Positions 9,136-20,985 are shown, numbered from the stretch's first letter. The stretch: 24,000 nucleotides of DNA from an uncultured Clostridia bacterium (GCA_947630985.1 CANRJQ010000009.1:15168-39167), one strand, 5' to 3'. Notes: generated by a model from the letters alone, not told the origin. Program-made: numbers and translations.

Positions 9136-10932
9136 ATGAATAATATTAGAAATTTTTCAATTATTGCACATATAGACCACGGTAAATCTACTCTTGCAGA
9201 TCGATTAATTGAGAGCACAGGAGCCTATACATCAAGGGAGATGGAAGCTCAAGTACTTGACAATATGGATTTGGAAAGAGAGAGGGGAATAACAATCAAG
9301 TTAAAGGCAGTGAGATTGTATTACACTTCTGCAGATGGGGAAAAATATATTCTCAATCTAATAGATACTCCAGGACACGTGGACTTTAATTATGAAGTTT
9401 CAAGATCCCTTGCTGCTTGTGAAGGGGCTATTTTAGTTGTAGATGCAGCCCAAGGGATAGAAGCTCAGACACTTGCAAATGTCTATTTAGCTTTGGACCA
9501 AGATTTGGAAATCATACCTGTAATTAATAAAATAGATTTGCCAAGTGCAGACACTGATAGAGTTAAAACGGAGATAGAAGATATTATAGGGTTAGACACA
9601 GAGGATGCACCTTTGGTATCTGCTAAAACAGGATTAAATATCGGCGACGTACTGGAAGCAATAGTGGAAAAAGTGCCAGCTCCTTCAGGAGATAAGGAAG
9701 CTCCGCTAAAGGCATTGCTGTTTGACTCTCTTTACGATCCATATAGAGGAGTAATTTGTTTCATTAGAGTATTTGATGGTGTTATTAAACCAGGTATGGA
9801 AATTAAATTTATGGCAACAGAAGCCAAATTTGAAGTCGATGAAGTTGGCTATATTTCCAAAGGCCAAGTACTTACTGAAAAACTAGAAGCGGGAGAAGTA
9901 GGATTTTTCACAGCTTCTATAAAGGACGTTAAATACGCTAGAGTAGGTGATACTGTTACTGATGGTAAAAATCCTACGAGTGACGCTCTACCAGGTTATA
10001 AAGAAGCAACTTCCATGGTATATTGTGGAATTTACCCAGCCGAAGGTGAAGAATTCACAACGATTAGAGATGCGTTGGAAAAACTTCAAGTTAACGATGC
10101 CGCATTATCTTACGAACAAGAAACTTCACAGGCTTTAGGATTTGGTTATAGATGTGGATTCTTAGGACTTCTTCATATGGAGATAATTCAAGAGAGATTG
10201 GAAAGAGAATTTGATCTAAACATAATAACCACAGCTCCTTCAGTTATATATAAAATTACTAAAACTGATGGAACGGTTCTAGAAATACAAAATCCATCGA
10301 ATTTACCACCTTTAACTGAAATTTCCAAGATGGAAGAACCTATTGTGGAAGCGACCATTATGGCGCCGTCTTCTTATGTGGGTACGATTATGGAATTATG
10401 CCAAGGCAAACGAGGAATATTTAAAAACATAGAATACCTAGATACCACAAGAGTAAGTGTTCACTACGAGCTTCCCCTTAATGAAGTAGTATATGATTTT
10501 TTTGATGCATTAAAATCTAAGACTAGTGGATACGCATCCCTTGACTATGAGATTATAGGATATAGAGAAAGTGATTTAGTAAAACTAGACATACTAATAA
10601 ACGGAGAACTTGTAGACGCCCTTTCACTGATAGTACACAAAGATAAGGCGTATGAAAGAGGTAGAACAATTTGTGAGAAATTAACAGATGAAATTCCTAG
10701 ACATCAATTTGCTATACCTATACAAGCAGCAATAGGAACTAAAATAATAGCTAGAGAAACTATTAGAGCTCTTAGAAAGGATGTATTGTCTAAGTGTTAT
10801 GGTGGAGATATATCTAGAAAGAAAAAACTATTGGAAGCACAAAAAGAAGGTAAAAAACGAATGAGACAAATTGGATCTGTTGAGATACCTCAAGATGCCT
10901 TTTTAGCAGTGTTAAAATATGATGAAAACTAA
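9136..10932 (+). CDS. lepA: Translation elongation factor 4 (LepA)
   Basis: N-terminus [33 protein letters not shown], and the characteristic LepA C-terminal domain. Confidence 0.97.
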   Translation: MNNIRNFSIIAHIDHGKSTLADRLIESTGAYTSREMEAQVLDNMDLERERGITIKLKAVRLYYTSADGEKYILNLIDTPGHVDFNYEVSRSLAACEGAILVVDAAQGIEAQTLANVYLALDQDLEIIPVINKIDLPSADTDRVKTEIEDIIGLDTEDAPLVSAKTGLNIGDVLEAIVEKVPAPSGDKEAPLKALLFDSLYDPYRGVICFIRVFDGVIKPGMEIKFMATEAKFEVDEVGYISKGQVLTEKLEAGEVGFFTASIKDVKYARVGDTVTDGKNPTSDALPGYKEATSMVYCGIYPAEGEEFTTIRDALEKLQVNDAALSYEQETSQALGFGYRCGFLGLLHMEIIQERLEREFDLNIITTAPSVIYKITKTDGTVLEIQNPSNLPPLTEISKMEEPIVEATIMAPSSYVGTIMELCQGKRGIFKNIEYLDTTRVSVHYELPLNEVVYDFFDALKSKTSGYASLDYEIIGYRESDLVKLDILINGELVDALSLIVHKDKAYERGRTICEKLTDEIPRHQFAIPIQAAIGTKIIARETIRALRKDVLSKCYGGDISRKKKLLEAQKEGKKRMRQIGSVEIPQDAFLAVLKYDEN

Positions 10933-12073
10933 TTTAGGATTGTATGTTCACATTCCATTTTGTGAACGAAAATGCGACTACTGTGATTTCAATTCAGGTT
11001 GCTATTCAAAGACAATTCAAAAAAAATATTTGGACTCTCTTTTAAGTGAAATTAAATTAGAGTCCAATTTTTACAATGACTATATCCTTGATACTATTTT
11101 TATAGGGGGAGGTACTCCTTCATTATTATCAGTGGAAGAAATAACTCAATTAGTTGAGTCTATTAATGAAAATTTTCATATTAGCAACGACTTGGAATTT
11201 ACTATAGAAGTAAACCCTAACTCAGCTAATTTAGAAAAACTAAGAGCGTATCGTAAGCTTGGAATAAATAGAATAAGTATAGGCGCTCAGTCTTTTGTAG
11301 ATGAAGAACTTAAATTATTAGGACGTCTTCACAATCGTGCAGATATTTACAAATTAGTAGAATTGGCGAAAGAAGTTGGATTTATAAATATTAATTTGGA
11401 CCTGATGACCTCAATTCCAAAACAAACCTTTGATTCCTTTAAATATTCGCTAGATGAAGCTTTGGACCTTGATATTCAACACATCTCTGCATATAGTCTG
11501 ATAATTGAAGAAGATACACCATTTGGAGATATGTATGCACAAGGCAAAGACTTAAATCTACCAACAGAAGATGAAGACCGAGAGATATATCATTTTTTAG
11601 TCAATAAACTAAATGAATTTAAATTTAATCAATATGAGATTTCAAACTTTGCAAAGACTGGATTTGAATGTAGACATAATATTAAATATTGGAGATGTAG
11701 TGATTATTTAGGTATAGGTCTCGGAGCTCATTCAAGAATTCAAGATTTAAGAATGGAAAATTACGACAATATCATGGAATATATAGATAATTTAAGTAAC
11801 GGAGCTCGAGCTACAAAAAATAATCAAGTTTTGAGTAAATTAGATCAAATAAATGAAAAGATTATTATGGGTATAAGAATGAATAGAGGATTGAGTATAG
11901 AGGAAATTAATAGTGAATTTGAAATTGATTTTATAAATGATTACTCTAATGAAATAAATAAGAATATTGAAAAAGGATATATTGAGATAGTAGATGATGC
12001 CATAAAGCTTACAAGTTTGGGCTCAGATTTTTCAAATATAGTAGAATTAGATTTTTATAGATTGGAGGATTAG
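10919..12073 (+). CDS. hemW: Radical SAM heme chaperone HemW (HemN-like, oxygen-independent coproporphyrinogen oxidase family)
   Basis: [14 protein letters not shown] contains the CX3CX2C motif. GGGTPS is present and there is a HemN_C-like tail. The position after lepA is conserved in Firmicutes. It overlaps the lepA 3' end by 14 nt and has no SD of its own, which suggests translational coupling. Confidence 0.88.
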   Translation: MMKTNLGLYVHIPFCERKCDYCDFNSGCYSKTIQKKYLDSLLSEIKLESNFYNDYILDTIFIGGGTPSLLSVEEITQLVESINENFHISNDLEFTIEVNPNSANLEKLRAYRKLGINRISIGAQSFVDEELKLLGRLHNRADIYKLVELAKEVGFININLDLMTSIPKQTFDSFKYSLDEALDLDIQHISAYSLIIEEDTPFGDMYAQGKDLNLPTEDEDREIYHFLVNKLNEFKFNQYEISNFAKTGFECRHNIKYWRCSDYLGIGLGAHSRIQDLRMENYDNIMEYIDNLSNGARATKNNQVLSKLDQINEKIIMGIRMNRGLSIEEINSEFEIDFINDYSNEINKNIEKGYIEIVDDAIKLTSLGSDFSNIVELDFYRLED

Positions 12074-12077
12074 AATT

Positions 12078-13103
12078 ATGCTATTTACAAGTTTTGTAAA
12101 TAAAAGAAATAATTTTGAAACTAAAGAAATTTGGGATTATTTGCAAAAATTTGATGTTAATTATGATAACCCAGAAAGAACTGCAGTAGTCAGAGACAAT
12201 GGCAAAATTGTAGGCACTGGTTCAGTCGATGGAAAGGTTATGAAATATTTTTTTATTGATGAAGAATATATGGGCCATGGACTTTTATCTATGATATACA
12301 ATGCTTTACTTAATTTTCTTCTTGAAAATAACAGATTGGGACACTATGTTTTCACAACTCCTAATAACGGTTATATTTTTCAAGGGATAGGACTTACTGA
12401 GGTCGTGTCTACAGATAGAGTATCTTTGTTTGAAGGAGGTTTTTCTTCGTATGATAAGTGGATTAAATCCATAAAAGAAAAATTAAATCCCAAAGCTAAA
12501 ACCAGAGGGGCTGTTGTCGTAAATTGCAATCCTATGACATTAGGGCATAAACATTTGCTTGAGTATGCCAAAAGCAAAGTTGACGAATTGATAGTATTCA
12601 TTGTAGAAGAAGATAAATCTACTTTTACCACTGAAGAAAGATATTCAATTGTTAAAAATGAATACAAAAATGATGATAAGGTAGTAGTGATTTTAGGTGG
12701 GCCATATATAATTTCCCAGGCTACATTTCCAACATATTTTATAAAAAAATTAGATGAAACAACTGACATCTATACAGAACTAGATGCTACAATCTTTTCA
12801 AAAAGAATCGCAAAGGATTTAAAAATAAATATTAGATTTGTTGGTGATGAACCAATTGACCTCATGACTGCTAATTATAATGAAAATTTACTTAAAAGTT
12901 TTGAAAAATACAATTTATTACTTGAAAAAATTGATAGGATTAAGGATAATGGAACCTATATAAGTGCTTCAGTGGTAAGAAGATTAATTGAAGAAGGCAA
13001 AGTTGAAGATGCCTATAAGCTTCTACCAAAGAGTACAATTGATTTTTTAAAAAGTGACTTAGGAAAAAGTAAAATTAAAGAAATACAAGAGAAACGGAGT
13101 TAA
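12078..13103 (+). CDS. [Citrate (pro-3S)-lyase] ligase-like protein (GNAT-like N-domain plus cytidylyltransferase-fold ligase domain)
   Basis: NCNPMTLGHKHLLEYA is the HxGH-type nucleotidyltransferase motif. A late ISASVVRRLI motif is present. The N-terminus is GNAT-like (IDEEYMGHGL). GGAGG SD precedes the ATG. Confidence 0.7.
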   Translation: MLFTSFVNKRNNFETKEIWDYLQKFDVNYDNPERTAVVRDNGKIVGTGSVDGKVMKYFFIDEEYMGHGLLSMIYNALLNFLLENNRLGHYVFTTPNNGYIFQGIGLTEVVSTDRVSLFEGGFSSYDKWIKSIKEKLNPKAKTRGAVVVNCNPMTLGHKHLLEYAKSKVDELIVFIVEEDKSTFTTEERYSIVKNEYKNDDKVVVILGGPYIISQATFPTYFIKKLDETTDIYTELDATIFSKRIAKDLKINIRFVGDEPIDLMTANYNENLLKSFEKYNLLLEKIDRIKDNGTYISASVVRRLIEEGKVEDAYKLLPKSTIDFLKSDLGKSKIKEIQEKRS

Positions 13104-13111
13104 TATAACAT

Positions 13112-14755
13112 ATGAAGAAATTGTTAGTATTTTTGATTGTAATAGGATTAATATTCGGAGGAATATACTTCTTATTATTTAGAGATGTTGAATCCGATGA
13201 AGCTTCAGTTCTATACGTAGATCAAAGATTTGTGTATGAAGGAGATTTACAGCCTATAGAATCAAGTAAAGTAGTTTCAGGTCAGGTTTATTTATCCTAC
13301 GACTTCATTAAAGAAAAATTAGATGAAGATATACATTATGACGAGGGAGAAAAAACAGTAATAATAACATCTCCTAATATGGTCAGAAGGTATAAAGTAG
13401 ATGCTTTGGAAGGTACTGCAAATGATATTCCAATAAATTTGAGAGCTCCTGTAACTGAAATTGACGGAACATTAATGCTCCCTATAGAAGCATTTGTATA
13501 TGACTATCCAGTGGACACCAAATTCAATTCTGAAGAAAATATTGTCACTATGGATAGAACTGATACCGAATATGCTAAGGGTAAAATTATTGTAGACAAG
13601 TCCTCCTTAAGAGAGGAAGCTGATATCGATTCTCCAATAGTAAAAGTATTGACCAAAGACACAGAATTGTATGTATATGGCGAAACAGAAAAATTTTATA
13701 AAGTTAGAGAATTAAATGGCCGTGCAGGCTATGTAAGAAAAAGACATTTAGAACTATCTTATCAATTTGAATCCTTTATTCGTCCTATAAAGTCCGAAGA
13801 AGTAGCTACTTTAGAGGATAAAGAGAAAGTCAATTTAGTATGGGATTACACATTTATTAAAACTGAAAATGGAAATGCAGTAGAAAATCTTGTAGGCGTA
13901 AACGTAATGTCGCCTACTTGGTTTTCTTTAAATTCAGATTTATCAATTACAGATAGATCAAACAGAGATTATATCGCTGCGTGTAAGAGATATGGGTATG
14001 ACGTGTGGCCAATGTTTGATAATAATTTTGAAGAAAGACTTACTGAAAATGCTTTAGCCACCAGTTCTCAAAGGCAAAAAATCATATCAAATATGTATGA
14101 AATAGCTAAGAGTTTGGATGTAGATGGAATAAATATAGACTTTGAAAATATTAATATTCAAACCCGTGATAACTTTACTCAATTTGTTAGAGAATTGTAT
14201 CCTATTTTTAAACAAAGTGATATGGTAGTAAGCGTTGACGTGACTCCTAGGATTTTTAGCGACGTTGAAAAAGAGCCATATGATAGAGCTTCTTTAGCAA
14301 AGGCTGCTGATTATATTATGCTTATGGCATATGACCAACATTGGGCTACTTCGCCTACAGCTGGAAGTGTAGCGGAATATAGCTGGGTTGAAAGTAATAT
14401 GAATGTTTTATTTCGATCTATTCCTATGGAAAAGTTTATTTTGAGCTTACCTTTATACACTAGAATATGGTTTGAAAATGATGGAAAAGTTACATCTCAA
14501 AGTGTATCTATGGAAACGGCAAATGAATATATTAAAAACAACAACATTGAATTGGAATGGGATGACACAGTAAAGCAAATGGTTGGTAAGAAACAAGTGG
14601 GTGGCACAAATGTGAGTATTTGGCTAGAAGATGCTCAATCAATTGCTGCCAAGACTTCGCTAGCTACGAAATATGACATTGCTGGTGTGGCATCTTGGAG
14701 AAAAGGATTCGAGACTCCTAATATATGGAGTGCAATAAATGAAAATTTAAATTAA
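13112..14755 (+). CDS. Membrane-anchored SH3b-domain glycoside hydrolase family 18 (YaaH/YdhD-like peptidoglycan hydrolase)
   Basis: N-terminal signal anchor KKLLVFLIVIGLIFGGIYFLLF. A copper-amine-oxidase-N-like stalk region. An SH3b-like segment (ELYVYGETEKFYKVRELNGRAGYVRKRHL). GH18 catalytic block DGINIDFE and MAYDQHW. Confidence 0.75.
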   Translation: MKKLLVFLIVIGLIFGGIYFLLFRDVESDEASVLYVDQRFVYEGDLQPIESSKVVSGQVYLSYDFIKEKLDEDIHYDEGEKTVIITSPNMVRRYKVDALEGTANDIPINLRAPVTEIDGTLMLPIEAFVYDYPVDTKFNSEENIVTMDRTDTEYAKGKIIVDKSSLREEADIDSPIVKVLTKDTELYVYGETEKFYKVRELNGRAGYVRKRHLELSYQFESFIRPIKSEEVATLEDKEKVNLVWDYTFIKTENGNAVENLVGVNVMSPTWFSLNSDLSITDRSNRDYIAACKRYGYDVWPMFDNNFEERLTENALATSSQRQKIISNMYEIAKSLDVDGINIDFENINIQTRDNFTQFVRELYPIFKQSDMVVSVDVTPRIFSDVEKEPYDRASLAKAADYIMLMAYDQHWATSPTAGSVAEYSWVESNMNVLFRSIPMEKFILSLPLYTRIWFENDGKVTSQSVSMETANEYIKNNNIELEWDDTVKQMVGKKQVGGTNVSIWLEDAQSIAAKTSLATKYDIAGVASWRKGFETPNIWSAINENLN

Positions 14756-14767
14756 TTAATTTCAAAT

Positions 14768-14797
14768 TTGACATAAGTAGTGCACTTATTGTAAAAT
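14768..14797 (+). promoter_or_regulatory. Putative sigma-A promoter with an operator-like palindrome in the spacer
   Basis: Consensus TTGACA (14768-14773), 18-nt spacer, TAAAAT (14792-14797). The spacer holds ATAAGT-N5-ACTTAT (14773-14789), which includes the perfect 8-bp palindrome AGTGCACT (14779-14786). Confidence 0.5.
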
Positions 14798-14819
14798 AAG
14801 GGTAGAAAAATTACAAGGA

Positions 14820-15455
14820 GTGTTGATTATACACACACAGACTCATAAGCTCATAAGCAATCATCTTTATGAGCACATTAAAGACAATTATGGAATAGAG
14901 TTAAATTATGATAGACTAACGTGGGGTTCAATTGCTCCAGATATTTTACCGAAATACAAATTATATAGACATTACTATGATAATAGTATTGATTATATTA
15001 TATTAAGAATAGCTAAACTAATTTTTGTAAATAGGTTTTTAGATTTTACAAATTGCAATTACGTTGCATTAAAGATTTTCAGCAGAGATATTGGAATAAT
15101 TTCTCATTATTTAGCAGATTTTACTTGCAAGGCTCATGCAGATCGTTGGGAAATGCCTAAGTCTTTGGTAAAACACTTAAAATATGAGGTAGAATTAAAT
15201 GAATATTCTAAAACCCATGAATTTTCCAATAATGTAATTTCTTGTGAGTCATTGGAAATCGATGACGAAAACTTATTCCATACATTACCTAAGATTAAGT
15301 CTTATATAGAAGATGTAATTGAAGAGTATTTGGAAGACGAAAGTTTTGGAAGAGATTTGGACTATGCTTTAGCTTTAAACAAAGCTATATTTGAATATAT
15401 TATTGAATCAATTAACGAATATAACGAACAAGGTGTTTTTGCATTTAGTTATTAA
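14820..15455 (+). CDS. Hypothetical His-rich protein, possibly of the zinc-dependent phospholipase C-like family
   Basis: The 211-codon ORF has HTQTH near the N-terminus, WGSIAPDI, and ISHYLADFTCKAHAD. These resemble the metal-ligand motifs of small clostridial Zn_dep_PLPC-like proteins, but the assignment is from memory only. There is no in-frame ATG before codon 111. The candidate starts are GTG 14820, TTG 14823 and ATT 14826, next to AAGGAG at 14815-14820. Confidence 0.45.
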   Translation: MLIIHTQTHKLISNHLYEHIKDNYGIELNYDRLTWGSIAPDILPKYKLYRHYYDNSIDYIILRIAKLIFVNRFLDFTNCNYVALKIFSRDIGIISHYLADFTCKAHADRWEMPKSLVKHLKYEVELNEYSKTHEFSNNVISCESLEIDDENLFHTLPKIKSYIEDVIEEYLEDESFGRDLDYALALNKAIFEYIIESINEYNEQGVFAFSY

Positions 15456-15461
15456 AAAATG

Positions 15462-15500
15462 AAAATAGTTTCTAGTAGATTTTATAGAAACTATTTTTTT
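15462..15500 (+). terminator. Strong intrinsic terminator
   Basis: Perfect 13-bp stem AAAATAGTTTCTA / TAGAAACTATTTT with a 10-nt loop, running into a T-run up to 15500. Confidence 0.85.
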
Positions 15501-15576
15501 ATTGCATTTTCCCTGGAATATGCGGTCATTAGAGTGGGATATATTTTATATTATCAATTAATCTTAATAAATTAGT

Positions 15577-15605
15577 ATCACAAAAGGTGAAAAATATAGT
15601 ATAAT
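15577..15605 (+). promoter_or_regulatory. Possible promoter for the 15631 gene and the downstream ruv operon
   Basis: TATAAT at 15600-15605, about 25 nt before GTG 15631. The -35 region is poor (ATCACA/TATCAC). Confidence 0.3.
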
Positions 15606-15630
15606 GATTTGTACACCAAGGAGGAAAATA

Positions 15631-16362
15631 GTGTTAGCAGAAAATAATAGAAATCTTTCAAATTCTTTAAAGAGAAAATTTTTATATAACAACGACATAA
15701 ATAGCATTCATTTACTTATTAATATTTATGAATCTGAAGAAAATTTAGGCAATATTTTCCCTCAATATCTATCCATGGGCACTCTTAAAAAAATTGTCAA
15801 AAGATCTCTAAGGGGAAGACCAGGTAAAGACTTGGCCGCAAAAAATATTTCAGAACTAATTCATAATGACATCAATCGATTTGAACTCCTAGTATACTTG
15901 GAAGCATATAAAAGTGGTTATCATTCTACTAAGTATGTAAATAAGATAGAGAAAATTGTACTATCCACTTGTGGTGTAAAATCCATTTACACCAAAAATT
16001 ACATTCGCGATACACTTAAGAGTAATCCAGAAATTGTTTTAATAAAAAAAGAACTTATTAATCATATGAAAGAAGAAGTTAAATCAAATGTAAGCTTTAA
16101 TAGATTGGTTAATACTTTCAACAAGAAAATCCTAAAGCCCAAAATATTTAATATTAATAAGTATTTAGATAAGCAAGTTAAGATGGTAGAGGATGAAAAA
16201 GGAAAAACGGTGTTAAAATATGAAAGTAAACCTTTCACTCGAATAGAATTATCTAAAATGTACAGAAGAATAGTTCAAATAATTTTAGATGATGGTGTTA
16301 GAATAATGGCCGATGCTTATTGGTCAGGAATAATAGAAAAAGTAATAAGGAGATACAAATAG
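15631..16362 (+). CDS. Hypothetical basic protein (243 aa), no recognisable family
   Basis: Long ORF with coding-like composition. AAGGAGG at 15618-15624 is 6 nt before GTG 15631, and the track ATG at 15604 sits inside the promoter -10. The protein is Lys/Ile/Asn-rich and I recognise no catalytic or metal motifs. Confidence 0.6.
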   Translation: MLAENNRNLSNSLKRKFLYNNDINSIHLLINIYESEENLGNIFPQYLSMGTLKKIVKRSLRGRPGKDLAAKNISELIHNDINRFELLVYLEAYKSGYHSTKYVNKIEKIVLSTCGVKSIYTKNYIRDTLKSNPEIVLIKKELINHMKEEVKSNVSFNRLVNTFNKKILKPKIFNINKYLDKQVKMVEDEKGKTVLKYESKPFTRIELSKMYRRIVQIILDDGVRIMADAYWSGIIEKVIRRYK

Positions 16363-16396
16363 GCTAGGTTAGTTTACTTAGCCTATATTGAATTTA

Positions 16397-16891
16397 ATGA
16401 GAATATTAGGAATAGATCCAGGATTAGCGCTAGTTGGGTATGGACTAATAGATGTTGAAGGGAATAATTTTAACGTAGTAGATTATGGAGTTATTACCAC
16501 AGAATCTACATTAGATCTACCTACGAGACTTGAAAAAATATATGAATTGCTCCTTCAATTAATAGATACATATCAACCTCAAGATTTAGCCATAGAAGAA
16601 CTTTTTTTTAACAAAAATGTCAAAACAGCTATAACAGTTGGCCATGCACGAGGTGTAGAAATATTAGCTTGCAAATCTAGAGGTTTAGAAATTTATGAAT
16701 ATACACCGCTACAAATTAAACAAGCAATCACAGGATATGGAAGAGCAGAAAAATCTCAAATCCAAGAGATGATTAAGATGCTACTAAATTTAGAAGAGAT
16801 TCCAAAACCCGATGATGCTGCAGATGCTTTAGGTGTTGCGTTGACACATGGGTGCGCATTAAAGTTTAAAGAAATGTATAGGATGAGATGA
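16397..16891 (+). CDS. ruvC: Holliday junction resolvase RuvC
   Basis: MRILGIDPG, AIEELFF and PDDAADALGVA supply the catalytic acidic residues. Homologues start at MRILG, so ATG 16397 is preferred over TTG 16388. Confidence 0.93.
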   Translation: MRILGIDPGLALVGYGLIDVEGNNFNVVDYGVITTESTLDLPTRLEKIYELLLQLIDTYQPQDLAIEELFFNKNVKTAITVGHARGVEILACKSRGLEIYEYTPLQIKQAITGYGRAEKSQIQEMIKMLLNLEEIPKPDDAADALGVALTHGCALKFKEMYRMR

Positions 16892-16892
16892 A

Positions 16893-17474
16893 ATGTATGA
16901 TTTTATAATAGGAAAAATTGAAAATAAAGAATCTGACTCCCTTGTAGTACTCAATAATGGAATAGGATATAAAATATTGGCATCAAAAAGTACCTTATTG
17001 GATTTGGAATTAGGTGATACATCAAAGATATATATCAATATGGTAGTTAGAGAAGATGATATAAGTTTATATGGATTTTCTTCAACAAAAGAAAGAGAAG
17101 TTTACAAATTACTTACTACTGTAAGAGGAATAGGTCCAAAGGTTGCTATAGGAGTTTTATCTGGAATCACAATAGATTCTTTAATTTTAGCTATAAGAAA
17201 TTCTGATATAAATCTATTGACTACTGCCCCGGGAGTTGGAAAAAAAACAGCAGAGAGAATAATATTGGAATTGAAGGATAAGACAGAGCATATCCCTGTT
17301 GAAGCTGTAATGGGTATTCAAGTCGGAAAAGGAATCTTACAAGAGGCTGAAGAAGCTTTAGTTAGTCTGGGGTATAGTAGCTATGAAGTCTTAGATGTGC
17401 TAGAATCAGTGTATTCAGAAGGAATGAGTATAGAGCAGCTGATAAGAGAAGGTCTGAAGCAAATGACTAGGTAG
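16893..17474 (+). CDS. ruvA: Holliday junction branch migration complex subunit RuvA
   Basis: MYDFIIGKI..., helix-hairpin-helix motifs ([18 protein letters not shown]) and a C-terminal domain III. Confidence 0.95.
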   Translation: MYDFIIGKIENKESDSLVVLNNGIGYKILASKSTLLDLELGDTSKIYINMVVREDDISLYGFSSTKEREVYKLLTTVRGIGPKVAIGVLSGITIDSLILAIRNSDINLLTTAPGVGKKTAERIILELKDKTEHIPVEAVMGIQVGKGILQEAEEALVSLGYSSYEVLDVLESVYSEGMSIEQLIREGLKQMTR

Positions 17475-17481
17475 GTGTTTA

Positions 17482-18519
17482 ATGGATACAGAAAATAGAA
17501 TTATAAGCTCTATAGAAAGAGTTGAAGATATAGAAAATGAAACAGACTTAAGGCCAAAATGGCTGGAAGACTATATTGGGCAGCCAAAAGTTAAAGAGCA
17601 ATTGGAAATTTTTATAAAAGCTGCGAAATTAAGATCTGAATCTTTAGATCATTCACTTTTATATGGACCACCAGGTCTAGGGAAAACTACTTTAGCAAAT
17701 ATTATAGCTTCTGAAATGGGAGTGAATATTAGAATTACTTCTGGTCCTGCAATAGAACGACAGGGAGATTTGGCTAGTATATTGACTAATTTAATTGAAG
17801 GAGACGTTTTATTTATCGATGAGATTCACAGATTGAATAAAACTGTTGAAGAAATCTTATATCCTGCTATGGAAGATTTTGCCATAGATATTATTATTGG
17901 AAAAGGACCTACAGCTAGATCTGTTAGATTGGATTTGCCAAGATTTACTTTAATAGGTGCCACCACTAGAGCAGGTTTGTTGACAGGTCCATTAAGAGAT
18001 AGATTTGGAGTATTATTAAATTTAGAGTTATATGATATTGACGATTTAATAAAGATTGTCAATCGAAGCGCTGGTATATTAAATATCCAAACAGATAAAA
18101 AAGGTGCTGAAGAAATAGCTAGGAGATCTAGAGGAACTCCTAGAATCGCAAATAGATTATTAAAAAGAGTTAGAGACTACGCTGAAGTAGTTGAAGATGG
18201 CTATATAAATTATAAAGTAGCATGTGATGCTATGGACTTACTGGGGATAGATGAATTAGGGCTAGACGGAACTGATAGAAAAATACTTATGACTATGATT
18301 GAAAGTTTTCCTAATAGACCGGTAGGACTTGATACTTTGGCAGTTACTACGGGGGAAGATAAAACCACTTTGGAAGATGTATTTGAACCCTATCTAATCA
18401 GATTAGGATTCGTACAGAGAACACAAAGAGGTAGAGTAGTGACGAAAAGAGCTTACGATCATATGGGCATAGCTTATAATTTAGAAGATGTAGAGCAAGA
18501 ACAATTATTTTTTGAATAG
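17482..18519 (+). CDS. ruvB: Holliday junction branch migration DNA helicase RuvB
   Basis: Walker [10 protein letters not shown], Walker [10 protein letters not shown], sensor and arginine motifs ([34 protein letters not shown]). Confidence 0.97.
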   Translation: MDTENRIISSIERVEDIENETDLRPKWLEDYIGQPKVKEQLEIFIKAAKLRSESLDHSLLYGPPGLGKTTLANIIASEMGVNIRITSGPAIERQGDLASILTNLIEGDVLFIDEIHRLNKTVEEILYPAMEDFAIDIIIGKGPTARSVRLDLPRFTLIGATTRAGLLTGPLRDRFGVLLNLELYDIDDLIKIVNRSAGILNIQTDKKGAEEIARRSRGTPRIANRLLKRVRDYAEVVEDGYINYKVACDAMDLLGIDELGLDGTDRKILMTMIESFPNRPVGLDTLAVTTGEDKTTLEDVFEPYLIRLGFVQRTQRGRVVTKRAYDHMGIAYNLEDVEQEQLFFE

Positions 18520-18528
18520 AGGTTAATT

Positions 18529-20693
<2,165 letters not shown>

Positions 20694-20695
20694 TT

Positions 20696-20974
20696 TTGCC
20701 ACAAGAATATTATAGCATTTTGATGATGGTAGCTATGTTTGCATTTTTCTATTTATTTATGATGAGACCTCAAAAGAAAAAAGAAAAGGCTATTGCAGAA
20801 ATGCGTTCAAACCTAAAGGTCGGTGACAATGTCATAACCATAGGTGGCGTAGTTGGTACTATCGTTTTATTAAAAGAAGATTACGTAACAATAGAAACCA
20901 GTGGTATGAAGACTAGAATCGAATTTACTAAGTGGGGAATTAGCTCAGTAAATAATATTACACCTGGAGAGTAA
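20696..20974 (+). CDS. yajC: Preprotein translocase accessory subunit YajC
   Basis: 92 aa with a single N-terminal TM followed by MMRPQKKKEK and the VxTxGGxxGxV block (VITIGGVVGTIV). TTG start after GGAGGG. Confidence 0.9.
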   Translation: MPQEYYSILMMVAMFAFFYLFMMRPQKKKEKAIAEMRSNLKVGDNVITIGGVVGTIVLLKEDYVTIETSGMKTRIEFTKWGISSVNNITPGE

Positions 20975-20985
20975 TGGAGGATATC

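Noticed and set aside
9947-10138. 63-aa plus-strand alternative-frame ORF within lepA
   Set aside because: It lies wholly inside the highly conserved lepA frame, with no SD and no recognisable product.
12380-12769. 129-aa minus-strand ORF inside the citC-like gene
   Set aside because: It is antisense to the TLGH nucleotidyltransferase motif region. It is the longest of the shadow ORFs but has no start context or motif.
15459-15575. 38-codon plus-strand ORF (MKIVSSRFYRNYFFIAFSLEYAVIRVGYILYYQLILIN), hydrophobic and small-toxin-like
   Set aside because: It has no Shine-Dalgarno. The ATG sits in the A-run after the upstream stop codon, and codons 2-14 are the two arms of the 13-bp terminator stem. 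It is most simply a by-product of the terminator and AT-rich spacer. It would be worth revisiting only if Ribo-seq shows occupancy.
15501-15630. Search for an SOS (LexA/DinR, GAAC-N4-GTTC-type) box ahead of the ruv operon
   Set aside because: No GAAC or GTTC half-site occurs in this interval or in 16363-16396, so SOS control is not supported from the sequence.
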